From a virus: 64,000 nt of DNA. This document shows positions 36,289 to 46,446 of this stretch, one piece after another (the first letter of the stretch is position 1; every line of letters starts with the position of its first letter). The notes under the pieces are model-generated. The model was not told the DNA's origin. It did no database searches and saw only the letters and a program-made list of their open reading frames with translations. Made by a program: the position numbers and the translations under genes. Location: positions 1-64,000 of IMG/VR virus record IMGVR_UViG_3300029451_000002; one strand, given 5' to 3'.

Positions 36289-37377
36289 ATGGAAAAATCA
36301 CTTTATTTTCAGTTGGTCAATAAATACTTCCCACAACTTGTTGCAAGTGTAGTAGAGAAGTTGAACGGCAAGAATCAGACTGCATTGACCTATATGTACC
36401 GAGACCACTTGACTAACACATATAGTCAGGACGGACGCTGGGCATCAATTACTGCGGAATACACACGAGTTGCTGCTGATGTTGTATCAATGGATGCAGA
36501 ACTTCCATTGAAGAGCCGTGATAAGGTTTCAACCGCTGAGGGTCAAATCCCAAAGGTTGGTATGAAGCTTTACATGTCAGAGAAGCAGCTTAAGGATTTG
36601 GATAACATGATTGCGCAACGTTTGCCTCAGCCACAGATTTTGCGTAACTTGTTTGCAGACCTTCCTCGTTGTATTCAGGCGGTTTACGAGCGTATTGAAG
36701 ATATGTTCCTCAGTGAGCTGTCAACAGGTGTAGCTTTGGCAACTCGTTCCGGTGGTACTGGTATCCGAATTGATGTAGGTTTTGCCGAGAAGAATAAGTT
36801 CGGTCACGGTGCTAAGGCTTGGGACGCAGAGGATGCAACTCCTCTTGATGACATCCAATTGGTTTACGACAAGGCGATGGAAGACCAAAATACCATCACT
36901 ACTTGTTATCTTGATGATTACACAATCAAGTTGCTTGGCAAGAACAAGCAGGTTCGTGCTCAGTTTGCCTTCAATCAAGGCATTGCAACCAATAGTAATA
37001 GCAATATTCCTATTTTGAGCTTTGAGCAGATTGCTTCTATCTTCAGAAATAAGTGGCAGACTGACTTGGTACGTGTAGCCCGTACAATCAAGACCGAGAT
37101 TAACGGCAAGAAGGGAACACACAACCCTTGGGCTAAGGGTCACATGACCTTTACATGCTATGATAACCTTGGTGATTTGTTCTGGACTAACGTAGCCGAA
37201 GCTACAAGACCAGTTGCAGGTGTTACTTATCAGTCAGCCGATGAGTATATCTTGGCTAGTCGTTATTCTACCAACGACCCACTCCGTGAGTTCACCAGCT
37301 CACAAGCAATGGTTGTTCCTATCTTGAATAACGTTGATGCTATCTATTCTTTGGACTCAACACAAGCAGTAGGTTAG
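36289..37377 (+). CDS. Major capsid protein, lambda gpE family
   Basis: C-terminal DPLREFTSSQAMVVPIL closely matches lambda gpE DPAREFTMIQSAPLMLL; 362 aa. Confidence 0.75.
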   Translation: MEKSLYFQLVNKYFPQLVASVVEKLNGKNQTALTYMYRDHLTNTYSQDGRWASITAEYTRVAADVVSMDAELPLKSRDKVSTAEGQIPKVGMKLYMSEKQLKDLDNMIAQRLPQPQILRNLFADLPRCIQAVYERIEDMFLSELSTGVALATRSGGTGIRIDVGFAEKNKFGHGAKAWDAEDATPLDDIQLVYDKAMEDQNTITTCYLDDYTIKLLGKNKQVRAQFAFNQGIATNSNSNIPILSFEQIASIFRNKWQTDLVRVARTIKTEINGKKGTHNPWAKGHMTFTCYDNLGDLFWTNVAEATRPVAGVTYQSADEYILASRYSTNDPLREFTSSQAMVVPILNNVDAIYSLDSTQAVG

Positions 37378-37381
37378 GCTT

Positions 37382-37840
37382 ATGAGAGGTGAGGTAATTA
37401 GTCCGTTCCGTGATAAGTTCCATTTTAACACCATCTATGAAGTAGGTGCAATCTTGGACTTTGACGAAGAACGCATGAACTCCCTTATCGAACGTAAGCT
37501 TTGCAAGATGTTGGAGGTGCAGAACGATAATAGTTCTGCATCTCCAAAAGACGATAAGGAAATTAAAGATACTCCTAAAAAGGAAGTCTTGAATGATGGA
37601 AAAGAAAATCCTAAAGAGGATGAAGATAAAAAATCAGAAGAGACACCTAAGAAGGAAGTCTTAAAGGAGAAGAAGGAGAGCAAGACTAAAAAGGAGAAAA
37701 CCCCAAAAAAGGATGCTGCCGAGTCAACCGAAGAGACTTCTGAAAAGGAGAATGTAGAAGAGGAGCTTGACGAAAAGACTAAGAGCGAGCAAGAGGCTGC
37801 AAAGAAAATCGCTGAGGCTATGAGTCAGGCTCAGAAATAA
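37382..37840 (+). CDS. hypothetical protein with K/E-rich repetitive tail (TPKKEVL repeats)
   Basis: Internal repeats DTPKKEVLNDGKENPKEDEDKK / ETPKKEVLKEKKESKTKK. Confidence 0.45.
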   Translation: MRGEVISPFRDKFHFNTIYEVGAILDFDEERMNSLIERKLCKMLEVQNDNSSASPKDDKEIKDTPKKEVLNDGKENPKEDEDKKSEETPKKEVLKEKKESKTKKEKTPKKDAAESTEETSEKENVEEELDEKTKSEQEAAKKIAEAMSQAQK

Positions 37841-37849
37841 TGATGTCAC

Positions 37850-38185
37850 ATGAAGATAAGAGAATACATTTCGCAGAAGTTGCGTGCTTGGAACATAACG
37901 GATGCCCAATTGGAAGATATTTCGTCAGGTATAGACCTTGACGAAGAATATACGTCTGATAATTCGCAGGTTGTAGGCAAGGCGATGATTTCCGTAATCG
38001 AGGAACTTATGCTTGCCCCATATATGAGCAATGTGAACGAAAATGGATTCTCTGTCTCTTGGGACTACTCTAGGATAGGACAATACTATATGTGGCTTTG
38101 CCGTAAGTATGGTGTTACTCCGGATAATGAAGTGGTGGCAGCTTTAGGGCTTTCCACTATCACGGATAAGTCTGATATTTGGTAA
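37850..38185 (+). CDS. putative head-tail connector protein
   Basis: Position only. Confidence 0.35.
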   Translation: MKIREYISQKLRAWNITDAQLEDISSGIDLDEEYTSDNSQVVGKAMISVIEELMLAPYMSNVNENGFSVSWDYSRIGQYYMWLCRKYGVTPDNEVVAALGLSTITDKSDIW

Positions 38186-38196
38186 ATGTCTAGGTT

Positions 38197-38511
38197 ATGT
38201 TATATTCCCCTCATATATTAAAGAAAAAGTTCGTGAATAAGGTTGTCAACAAGTACAACGAGGTCATTAGCTCTTCTGAGGAATGGAAAGAAATGGGGCG
38301 TTGTCGGTGCGATGACAACTCTACCGAGCATTTCACTACCGATAATGGTAGCATATATACACCGAAATATCATATTGTTTGTGACAAGTGCCAGATTTCC
38401 GAAGGTGATGAAGTCAAAGTATATTCCGATGATGGAAGTTACCGAGGAGGTGGAAAGGTCTATAATGCCCCTAAGTGCAATTATCTTGGTTATATGAGTA
38501 TCTATGTCTGA
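38197..38511 (+). CDS. hypothetical structural-module protein
   Basis: Position only. Confidence 0.35.
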   Translation: MLYSPHILKKKFVNKVVNKYNEVISSSEEWKEMGRCRCDDNSTEHFTTDNGSIYTPKYHIVCDKCQISEGDEVKVYSDDGSYRGGGKVYNAPKCNYLGYMSIYV

Positions 38512-38794
38512 TGTTATAAAGGATGAGATAGACGCTTTCTTTGCACAGGGAGAAAGGGAAGTAGATGAATTTCTTGACAGGTTAGGTAAAACTGCTGTTG
38601 AGCTTGATAAGGCTAACGGAAACTACCGAAACCGCACAGGTAATCTCAGAAGGTCTAACTATAGTAATGTACATGACCACACCTTGACCCTTGGCAACAA
38701 AGCGGAATATGCGTCTGATGTTTCCTCTAGGGGATATGATGTTATAGATTCGGGTATTCAGTATATCAAGAAAGAAATCGAGGATATGCGATGA
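38504..38794 (+). CDS. putative head-tail joining protein
   Basis: Position; overlapping starts. Confidence 0.35.
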   Translation: MSDVIKDEIDAFFAQGEREVDEFLDRLGKTAVELDKANGNYRNRTGNLRRSNYSNVHDHTLTLGNKAEYASDVSSRGYDVIDSGIQYIKKEIEDMR

Positions 38795-39219
38795 TAACAG
38801 AAATAGATGCTGGTCATGTAATCTATGATGACTTGGAACTTATGGGATTGGAACGAAGACTGAAAGGACATCTGACAAAGGGTGGACTTGAGGGGGAAAG
38901 ACCTTTGGTCGGTGAGAAGATTCCTGATGAAGGCATGATAGTAATCATTCCTAAGCGCATGAGTGCAGATAAGACATATTTCAACGATTGTACTATAGAG
39001 GTAAACATATTGCTCAAAGATATAGAGGGCGAGGCTAATCCTCAATTGAACGAGCTTTTAAAGAAGGCTATTCAAACCCTGTCCGACAATGAGGTCGGAA
39101 AAGCTGAGGATGTATGGTATCGTTATTCTATCCGCTCCCACGGCATAGAGCAAGAGAGTAGGTTGAGTTGCCATTACGCAAACATTACTATTGATTTTGA
39201 AACATTAAACGTAAGATAA
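38791..39219 (+). CDS. putative tail completion / terminator protein
   Basis: Position (lambda gpU position). Confidence 0.35.
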   Translation: MITEIDAGHVIYDDLELMGLERRLKGHLTKGGLEGERPLVGEKIPDEGMIVIIPKRMSADKTYFNDCTIEVNILLKDIEGEANPQLNELLKKAIQTLSDNEVGKAEDVWYRYSIRSHGIEQESRLSCHYANITIDFETLNVR

Positions 39220-39220
39220 G

Positions 39221-39778
39221 ATGAAACCATTTATTGGAATCAAGAGAATTTGGTATGGTGCTCCTCTTACCGAGGCAAATACACCTGCTAAGTTGGCTAC
39301 ATGGTTGAAAACCGCTACAGAGGTTAAGAACAGCCATGAGGGAACATGGGGATATTCTCAGGATGACCCTAGTGTTACCGAGTACAAGAACGAGCTGAAC
39401 GGACAGGTTTACTATCGTGACAAGACCGATGAGGGTGCTAAGACAATTACATTCTCTATTGGTGTCTTTTCATGGAAGAATAAGGTAGACTTGCAGGGTG
39501 GTAAGATGTACAAGGCAACTGGAGAAGAGACTACAACGGAGGCAGATGCAGTAGGTTGGTCTTCTAGCCAAGATTTGGCTAATATCAACAAGTGTATCGT
39601 TGCTCAGACCAAGACAGGGAACTACATCGTTTTCTCAAATGCGGCTATCGTTGCCAAGGGTGACCAGCAGGATAAGAATATCACTTTGGGTATTTCTGCC
39701 GTTGCTATGGAAAGCGAGACCGATGGTGTGGCTGGCGAGTACCAATGGGAAGGCTCTGCGGTTGTAGAACAAGAATAA
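39221..39778 (+). CDS. putative major tail tube protein
   Basis: Position (lambda gpV position); 185 aa; followed by a terminator hairpin at about 39800-39835. Confidence 0.4.
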   Translation: MKPFIGIKRIWYGAPLTEANTPAKLATWLKTATEVKNSHEGTWGYSQDDPSVTEYKNELNGQVYYRDKTDEGAKTITFSIGVFSWKNKVDLQGGKMYKATGEETTTEADAVGWSSSQDLANINKCIVAQTKTGNYIVFSNAAIVAKGDQQDKNITLGISAVAMESETDGVAGEYQWEGSAVVEQE

Positions 39779-39845
39779 GACATAGGCAACAAATGATAGA
39801 GGGGGATGGTGTTAATGCCGTTCCCCTTTTTTAATATTCAGAACC

Positions 39846-40229
39846 ATGAGTAAGGCAAGTAAATTAGTTACGGATGCAATTCTTGGAGAGGACACCGTAA
39901 CGATAATCGTGAATGGAAGGGCTTATTACGTTTCACCACCTACAATTATAAAATTGGTCAAGGCGGCTAAATACCTTGATAGTTTCGAAGAGGGCAAGAC
40001 CTTAGCAGAAGTCTTATGCATGCTTAAGAATTTGGATGATGCTTGCAAGGCGTTGTCCGTATTCATACAAGGCGATGAATCCATTAGTGATGAATTATCT
40101 AAAGGAACGCTTGAAGAGGTTGTCAATGGCTTACAAACGGCTTATTCCTTAATCTCTATAAAGGATTTTCAGACGCTATCAATTTTGGCGAAGAGTGCGG
40201 CAAGGATGATAGCAAAACCACGACCATAG
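39846..40229 (+). CDS. putative tail assembly chaperone (gpG-like)
   Basis: Position after the tail tube; a -1-frame ORF continues past its stop. Confidence 0.35.
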   Translation: MSKASKLVTDAILGEDTVTIIVNGRAYYVSPPTIIKLVKAAKYLDSFEEGKTLAEVLCMLKNLDDACKALSVFIQGDESISDELSKGTLEEVVNGLQTAYSLISIKDFQTLSILAKSAARMIAKPRP

Positions 40230-40420
40230 GTAACGATACACTCTTAGGACAGATTGCATCTTTTATGGATAGTCTGCATTTATCTTACCAAGAAGTCGTG
40301 AAAGAGATACCTTATAGAAACTTATTGCTGATGGCAAAAGACAAGCAAAGAGTAGCATGTGGTGATGTAATGTATGAGGTAACGGAAGAAGAGTTTGGCA
40401 TGAACTTCAAAAAAGGATAA
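40226..40420 (+). CDS. -1-frame extension ORF (gpT-like part of a G/GT-like pair)
   Basis: 64-codon ORF in the -1 frame, open across the 3' end of 39846..40229; no canonical XXXYYYZ slippery site found. Confidence 0.25.
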   Translation: MGNDTLLGQIASFMDSLHLSYQEVVKEIPYRNLLLMAKDKQRVACGDVMYEVTEEEFGMNFKKG

Positions 40421-40439
40421 GTTTAAAATAATGCAAATA

Positions 40440-40500
40440 AAGTATTAAAAGCACTAAAATGCTTGCAAGTTAGCGAAATATTATTTATCTTTGCAAGCGC
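40440..40500 (+). promoter_or_regulatory. Promoter (TATCTTTG) before the small membrane-protein genes and methyltransferase island
   Basis: aatgcttgcaagttagcgaaatattatttatctttgcaagc. Confidence 0.5.
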
Positions 40501-40646
40501 AGAACAAAAAAGGATAAAATGGCGATTTAAGAAATTGATAAGATATTAGAGACACGAAACCCGATGGACTATACCGAAAGGCAGTCCGAGTCACTATTCC
40601 TTTGACTTTGCAATCGGTAGTTTCGTGTTTTTGTGTTTAAAATAAG

Positions 40647-40949
40647 ATGCAAGACGTAAGGTTGATATTCGAGATACTGGTTTCCATGTTGCTTTGCGTT
40701 TGTCTCATATTGCTTGCTGTAAGTAGATATAGGCAAAAGAAAAAACGTGAAGAACCGGAGCGAAAGGAAATGGACTTGATAGACTTCTTTTCTTTGGGAG
40801 GAGTTGCCTATTATTGGAACAAAGGTGGTAAGCAGCAGAAATGCTACACATACGAAGAATTTCTGAAAATCAAGGCTGACTACGTGGAGCTTTGGTTGAA
40901 TCAGAACAGATATATTTTTAACTCTCAATTAGATTGCGATGATATATAG
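40647..40949 (+). CDS. small single-pass membrane protein
   Basis: LVSMLLCVCLILLAV TM helix. Confidence 0.4.
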   Translation: MQDVRLIFEILVSMLLCVCLILLAVSRYRQKKKREEPERKEMDLIDFFSLGGVAYYWNKGGKQQKCYTYEEFLKIKADYVELWLNQNRYIFNSQLDCDDI

Positions 40950-41169
40950 AGTATTTGTTTTGTTTCCGACAATAGTAGTATCAGATGGTATTGTTGGTAT
41001 AGCTTGGCTAGGAAAGTTTTTTAGCTGGCGATATGGAAAGAACAAGAAAAAGAGCAAGAATGTGTCCTTAATGATAGGATATAACACAGGAATGTCTCTT
41101 AAGTCAAAAATAGACGATAACGCTGCGGATGATTATTTAAGACGCATTGTCGAAGAAAACAGAATCTAA
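40939..41169 (+). CDS. small single-pass membrane protein
   Basis: VFVLFPTIVVSDGIVGIAWL TM helix. Confidence 0.4.
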   Translation: MIYRVFVLFPTIVVSDGIVGIAWLGKFFSWRYGKNKKKSKNVSLMIGYNTGMSLKSKIDDNAADDYLRRIVEENRI

Positions 41170-41263
41170 ATTCAAGGGTTAGAGTCCCTTTTTTACAACC
41201 ATATTACTTGTGGTTATTTTTATACATCGGTTTTTATTAACGATTGTTTTTTATGGTAGATAA

Positions 41264-42370
41264 ATGTATAAAAACGAGCACAAGTTCCCTTATAGATGGA
41301 CTAAAAAAGATGCTAATTTCACAAAAGACAAAGGTAAGGTGATGTCTTGCTTTTGTTGTGGAGGTGGAAGTTCCTTTGGTTACAAACTAGCTGGCTACGA
41401 TGTTGTAGCCTGTAATGAGATAGACCCAAAGGTTATGAAGATGTACTTGAAGAATCACGATGTCAAGTATTCTTTCAATTGTGATATTCGTGAGTTGATT
41501 ACCAATATCAATATGGGGGGGCATATTATGAAAGAAGAGTTGCATAATTTGGATATATTGGATGCTAGTTTCCCATGTTCTGTATTCAGTATTGCAGGTG
41601 ACCGCCAAAAGGCTTGGGGAAAGGAAAAAGTATTCCGAGAAGGTCAGAAGGCGCAAAGGCTTGACGATTTGGCTTTCTACTCTATTGACCTTGCTAAAGA
41701 ACTAAAGCCAAAGGTGGTGGTTTTTGAGAATGTCCAAGGTTTGTTGCAAGGTGAAGCTATCGAGTACGTGAAAGAGATTTACAAGCAGATGGATAATGCC
41801 GGATATATCTTGCAGCATTGGTTGCTTAATGCACGTAATATGGGTGTTCCTCAGAATCGACCTAGGGTGTTCTTTCTAGGATTACGCAAAGACCTTTGCG
41901 AGCCGTTTATGGTTCAGAAGGATTTGTTCGAGCGAGTGCCTAAGATAGATATGGACTTCAACGAGAAAGAAATTGTCTTGGATGAGTTCTCGGACTATAA
42001 TGGAAGACAGATTCCTAAAGGAATGATGAAGTATTGGGAGTATAGAAACGAAAAGGACAATTCTATCGGTGATATTGTCAAGCGGATGGATAATCGTCTT
42101 TCTATGTTCAATAATATGTTTCTTAAAAAGAACAAGGTATGCAATACCATATCAGCAATGGAAGATAGACTTGTGTATTATGATAATCCAAGTTATCTTT
42201 CAGCACATGATACGATTTTAGCATCAACATTTCCGATGGATTATGACTTTAATGGCATGAAACCTTGGTTTGCTTGCGGAATGTGTGTTCCTCCTGTTAT
42301 GATGGCTAATGTAGCTACAAGAATCTGGGATTGTTGGTTATCAAAGATTAAAAAGGAGGAATGCGCATGA
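41264..42370 (+). CDS. DNA C5-cytosine methyltransferase
   Basis: Motif I FCCGGGSSFG, motif IV FPCSVFSIAG, motif VI VVFENVQGL, motif VIII QNRPRVFF. Confidence 0.85.
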   Translation: MYKNEHKFPYRWTKKDANFTKDKGKVMSCFCCGGGSSFGYKLAGYDVVACNEIDPKVMKMYLKNHDVKYSFNCDIRELITNINMGGHIMKEELHNLDILDASFPCSVFSIAGDRQKAWGKEKVFREGQKAQRLDDLAFYSIDLAKELKPKVVVFENVQGLLQGEAIEYVKEIYKQMDNAGYILQHWLLNARNMGVPQNRPRVFFLGLRKDLCEPFMVQKDLFERVPKIDMDFNEKEIVLDEFSDYNGRQIPKGMMKYWEYRNEKDNSIGDIVKRMDNRLSMFNNMFLKKNKVCNTISAMEDRLVYYDNPSYLSAHDTILASTFPMDYDFNGMKPWFACGMCVPPVMMANVATRIWDCWLSKIKKEECA

Positions 42371-43104
42371 TAACAGCAAGTATGACATCGGGAGAGATGC
42401 GTAGAGTACGAAACTTAGATGAAGCTAGAATCTATGAGTTTCAGATGCGAAAAGCTAATGAGCTTAAACGTGAAATGAGAAAGCAGAACGTAAGACAAAT
42501 AACAAAGACCTTTGAGCTTGCTACACCTAATGCCGATTATTTCATCGTTGTAGGTGTAAAACATGGCGATGTATTTGCTTCCGGTTTGTTCATTTATCTG
42601 AAGGAAACCAACGAGTATATTCCTATGAGTAGAAACGAGGGGTATAGCGAAGATTGTTTTGCTATGAGCGTTCATTTTCTGAAGAGATTTGCAGAAAGGT
42701 TTTTGAAAAAAGACTTACCGATTCTCAAGATATTGCAAAAGATATATACATCGTTTACAGGTGCTGTTCAGCTCTATAGTGATGACAAGACAAGAAGAGT
42801 GGTATTTGCTATTCCGGAAGGGCTTATACTCACAGAATACGAGCAAGAAAAGCATATCATCCATTACAAAACCTTTGTAAGCATGGATATGCTAAAGAAG
42901 ACACAGAAGCGAAGTTATGAGAAGATAAGTGCATTTCTCATGGAGTCTTGTCAGCAAATAGCTAAAGCAAGAGACACCGGAAATGACGAAAGGCTGTGCG
43001 TTGTGTACAGAAGGTTTTACAATGATATTGATTTGCTAGATACAAAGGAGGCGCAAGCCATATATTCAAGTTTCTTTGAAAAAGGAGGTAACAATGAAAG
43101 ATAA
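42361..43104 (+). CDS. hypothetical protein, start overlaps the C5-methyltransferase stop
   Basis: 10-nt overlap with the C5-methyltransferase stop; 247 aa; no recognised motif. Confidence 0.45.
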   Translation: MRMITASMTSGEMRRVRNLDEARIYEFQMRKANELKREMRKQNVRQITKTFELATPNADYFIVVGVKHGDVFASGLFIYLKETNEYIPMSRNEGYSEDCFAMSVHFLKRFAERFLKKDLPILKILQKIYTSFTGAVQLYSDDKTRRVVFAIPEGLILTEYEQEKHIIHYKTFVSMDMLKKTQKRSYEKISAFLMESCQQIAKARDTGNDERLCVVYRRFYNDIDLLDTKEAQAIYSSFFEKGGNNER

Positions 43105-43597
43105 ATGTATAACAAGGTTTCTTGGTGATATAAAGCCTATAAAGAATTACGAAAGGTATTATGTTAGCAAGCTGGGACATGTTTTTACTATTGGGAGAAC
43201 GTCTCAATTAAAGGAAATCGTACCTTGCAAGACACCAAAAGGTTATCTGAAGGTATGGCTTTACAAGAACGGAAAGCGCAAGATGTTTTATATCCATCGT
43301 TTGGTAGCTCAGGCTTTCTTGGAGAATCCAGAAGCGTTGCCGATGGTGAATCATAAGGATTTCGACAAGACGAATAACGATGTAGACAACTTGGAGTATT
43401 GCACCGCAAGATACAATGTGATTTATTCTGCTATAGCAAAGAAAACCTCTTCCGAATATTTGGGTGTGACTTGGAATAAGAGTGTAAGAAAATGGCAAGC
43501 GCAGTATCAGATAGGTAAAAAGAAAATATATATAGGTTGCTTTGATACGCAACAAGAGGCTCATGAAGCTTATGTTAACGCTATAAAAGAGATTTGA
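43094..43597 (+). CDS. HNH endonuclease with AP2 DNA-binding domain (homing-endonuclease-like)
   Basis: NHKDFDKTNNDVDNLEYCTARYN (HNH_3-like) plus EYLGVTWNKSVRKWQAQYQIGKKKIYIGCFDTQQEAHEAY (AP2 domain). Confidence 0.65.
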   Translation: MKDKCITRFLGDIKPIKNYERYYVSKLGHVFTIGRTSQLKEIVPCKTPKGYLKVWLYKNGKRKMFYIHRLVAQAFLENPEALPMVNHKDFDKTNNDVDNLEYCTARYNVIYSAIAKKTSSEYLGVTWNKSVRKWQAQYQIGKKKIYIGCFDTQQEAHEAYVNAIKEI

Positions 43598-43598
43598 T

Positions 43599-44312
43599 AT
43601 GCTTGAATTTGATAGAATATACAATTCCGACTGCATAGAAGGAATGAAACAAATAGAGAGCGGGAAAGTAGATTTAATTGTTACTGACCCACCATATTGT
43701 ATCTCCTATAAGACGGGACGGAGAGCAGACGGCCATCGTTTTTCGAAGGAAATACTCAATGACGATAATGAGCAATTGATTATTGATTATATGAGCGAAT
43801 GCTACCGGATTTTGAAGGATGATAGTGCTGCTTATATCTTCTGTAGTGCCAAGACCTTGGACTTTTTTATGCAACAAGCGAGGAACGCAGGGTTTACCAT
43901 TAAGAATGTGCTCATTTGGCGAAAGAACAACCATACGGCTGGAGATTTAGATGCGCAATATGGTCAATGTTACGAGCCAATCCTGTACTTGAATAAAGGC
44001 AGACGAATCATAAACGGCAAGCGTTTGGAGGACGTGTGGGACTTTGATAGAGTTCCATCAGATAAATTGGTACATCAGAACGAGAAGCCAATCCCCTTGC
44101 TAATGCAATGCATCTTGAAATCATCGAACGAAGGAGATTTGGTGTTTGATGGCTTTATGGGCAGCGCAAGTACTGCTCTGGCTTGTATGCGGACAAATCG
44201 GAATTACCTTGGTTTTGAATTGGATGAGGATTATTTCAAGGTGGCACAAAGAAGAATTAAGGAAGAATTGTTTAATCAAAAAGATATGTTTGGATATGCT
44301 GGAGTTAAATAG
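43599..44312 (+). CDS. DNA amino-methyltransferase (N6A/N4C, PF01555-like)
   Basis: DLIVTDPPY (motif IV) before FDGFMGSASTALAC (motif I). Confidence 0.8.
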   Translation: MLEFDRIYNSDCIEGMKQIESGKVDLIVTDPPYCISYKTGRRADGHRFSKEILNDDNEQLIIDYMSECYRILKDDSAAYIFCSAKTLDFFMQQARNAGFTIKNVLIWRKNNHTAGDLDAQYGQCYEPILYLNKGRRIINGKRLEDVWDFDRVPSDKLVHQNEKPIPLLMQCILKSSNEGDLVFDGFMGSASTALACMRTNRNYLGFELDEDYFKVAQRRIKEELFNQKDMFGYAGVK

Positions 44313-45012
44313 AATTTATCAAGGTGATTGTCGAAAGCTTTTAAAGCTGATTGATAGTGATAGCATAGACCTCGTATGTTCCGATGTGGCTTATCCGGTT
44401 CGGTCTAGGGGTGGCTCAGGGAGTATGGGAGGATATTGGACGGAATCTCAAACAAGAAAGGGCAAGATATTCAAGAGTAACGATATTGATATTTCGGACT
44501 ACATCAATGATTTGTACCGGATATTAAAGGACAGGTCGCATTGCTATCTGATGTGTAATGATTATAATTTAATGCACTTTCTTGATGTGGTAGGAAAGAG
44601 TGAGTTCCATTTTACCAAATGCTTAATATGGGATAAGTGCGCAAAAATATGTGGCCGCTATTATATGGCACAGAAAGAGTATATCATCATGCTACGCAAA
44701 GGTGGTGATAGACCGATAAATGAATGTGGTACATCTGACATTCTGAGTGTTCCTATTCCAACCAACAAGCGCAAGGATAAGGATGGTTTGATTAATCAGA
44801 CTGAAAAACCTGTAAAGTTGATGGAGATATTAATTAGAAACTCGACAAATGTTGGTGATGTTGTTCTAGACCCATTCATGGGGAGCGGTACAACGGCAAG
44901 AGCTTGCGTAAACCTTGAAAGAAAGTATATAGGCTTTGAAATAGACCAGCGTCAAGTAGATTTTGCTAATAACGAATTAAAGAATATGAGTAGGCAGTTA
45001 AGTCTGTTTTGA
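44296..45012 (+). CDS. DNA methyltransferase-like protein with degenerate catalytic motif
   Basis: SAM motif LDPFMGSGTTARAC present, but motif IV reads DLVCSDVAY instead of (D/N/S)PPY. Confidence 0.6.
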   Translation: MLELNRIYQGDCRKLLKLIDSDSIDLVCSDVAYPVRSRGGSGSMGGYWTESQTRKGKIFKSNDIDISDYINDLYRILKDRSHCYLMCNDYNLMHFLDVVGKSEFHFTKCLIWDKCAKICGRYYMAQKEYIIMLRKGGDRPINECGTSDILSVPIPTNKRKDKDGLINQTEKPVKLMEILIRNSTNVGDVVLDPFMGSGTTARACVNLERKYIGFEIDQRQVDFANNELKNMSRQLSLF

Positions 45013-45016
45013 AACT

Positions 45017-45241
45017 ATGGATATGTGCAAGGTGTTTTGTTGCAATCCTGTTGTAAGAAATGGGAATAAAGAAACAACGGATGCTCTTATAAGAGCTATG
45101 AGAGACGAAGCCTTAAAACGAGGGTTGGTACGTGATGAATTGATAGGTTTTTGCAACCGATTCTTGAGAGAAGGCGAAATCAAAGCTTGTATAGAGCATT
45201 TGCTAGATAATTTCAAACGTTATTTTTGGAGGTATCATTGA
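45017..45241 (+). CDS. hypothetical protein
   Basis: ATG ORF. Confidence 0.4.
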   Translation: MDMCKVFCCNPVVRNGNKETTDALIRAMRDEALKRGLVRDELIGFCNRFLREGEIKACIEHLLDNFKRYFWRYH

Positions 45242-45242
45242 T

Positions 45243-45872
45243 ATGAGAAGAAGAAAGTTGAACAAGTCTCCAGTGCTAGGCTTCTGCGGATTTGTTATCG
45301 GTTACGAATGCAAGGAAAAGGGAATAAAGCTGATGGAGTGCGATAAGGCGCAAGCAGATGCAATCATAGTTCCTCATCACTTTTCACACAAGGTAACGAA
45401 GAATAGTTGCTTGAATCTTTTGGTATTGTATAAGGATAAGATAAGGGGTGCAATGCAAATAGGGTATGGAATCCGACCTCACATCAAGACTGAAAAGGGC
45501 GAAGTGTTGGATTACCATCAAGTGAGGGAATTTGACAGAATGTGGTTGTCTGATGATATGCCAAAGTTTAGCGAGACGATTTGCCTATCTCTCTTGCATA
45601 AGTATATTAGGGCAACACATAAGGAAATCAAGTACCTTATATCTTATGCCGATACGTCCATAGGTAACAAGGGAACTATATATAAAGCTGCAAACTATGA
45701 GCATATTGATACCATTAAGGCAGATTTCTATGTGTTACCAAGTGGTGAGCGTGTGCATCCGGTTACGATGTGGCATCGGCACAAGACAAGAGCATGGGAG
45801 GTTCTAACGAAGCTATACCCAGGAATAAAAAAGGCAGAAGGGTTTCAACTTAAATTTCTGAAGAAGTTATGA
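45243..45872 (+). CDS. hypothetical protein within the methyltransferase island
   Basis: 209 aa; RGAMQIGYG resembles an acyl-CoA-binding GNAT motif. Confidence 0.4.
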   Translation: MRRRKLNKSPVLGFCGFVIGYECKEKGIKLMECDKAQADAIIVPHHFSHKVTKNSCLNLLVLYKDKIRGAMQIGYGIRPHIKTEKGEVLDYHQVREFDRMWLSDDMPKFSETICLSLLHKYIRATHKEIKYLISYADTSIGNKGTIYKAANYEHIDTIKADFYVLPSGERVHPVTMWHRHKTRAWEVLTKLYPGIKKAEGFQLKFLKKL

Positions 45873-46087
45873 AGAAAAGAAATAAATGTATTCCTCGTCA
45901 TTTGCATCCAGATCCTGAGCATTGGGTTAGAAAAGGTCAATCTTGGAAGGCGAAGGTAGCTTATGAAAGCGAGGATGATGCTTGGGAATTTCTGAATCAG
46001 AATCCGAAGTTACGGGCACAAGGTATGGCGGTGTATCGGTGTAGGATATGCAACAAATATCATATAGGGCACAAGAACAACAAATAA
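45869..46087 (+). CDS. small zinc-ribbon-like protein
   Basis: CRICNKYH plus His pairs. Confidence 0.35.
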   Translation: MKKRNKCIPRHLHPDPEHWVRKGQSWKAKVAYESEDDAWEFLNQNPKLRAQGMAVYRCRICNKYHIGHKNNK

Positions 46088-46102
46088 AAAATATAAACAG
46101 CA

Positions 46103-46384
46103 ATGATAGTAATAAAAATCAAAACATGGAAAGACTGGAAGAAGGACTTTCTTGATTGGGTGCAAGCACCTCGACGCAGAACTTGCAAGGATTATGTAGA
46201 CTATATGGAGGCTTTGCAAAATCGTGTTCTCTACAAAATAATAGCCGATACTTGCGATAAATACGACAATATGCGTGATGGGCAAATCCAAGAAATCACA
46301 GAAGCAGTCGAAAAATGCGTGGCTGAGTGTGCTAAAGAAGCACGCAAGTTAATCGATGAATGTCAGCCCGCAAAATTCTTCTAA
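46103..46384 (+). CDS. hypothetical protein
   Basis: ATG ORF. Confidence 0.4.
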   Translation: MIVIKIKTWKDWKKDFLDWVQAPRRRTCKDYVDYMEALQNRVLYKIIADTCDKYDNMRDGQIQEITEAVEKCVAECAKEARKLIDECQPAKFF

Positions 46385-46446
46385 GGCTGTAACTTTCATT
46401 ACACTGCCGTGAAATGGTTTAACTGATAGATTTAGAACAACAAAGT

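Noticed and set aside
39846-40420. Canonical -1 slippery heptamer for a G/GT-like frameshift
   Set aside because: The -1 frame is open across the junction, but no XXXYYYZ site was found by eye. The frameshift remains a hypothesis only.
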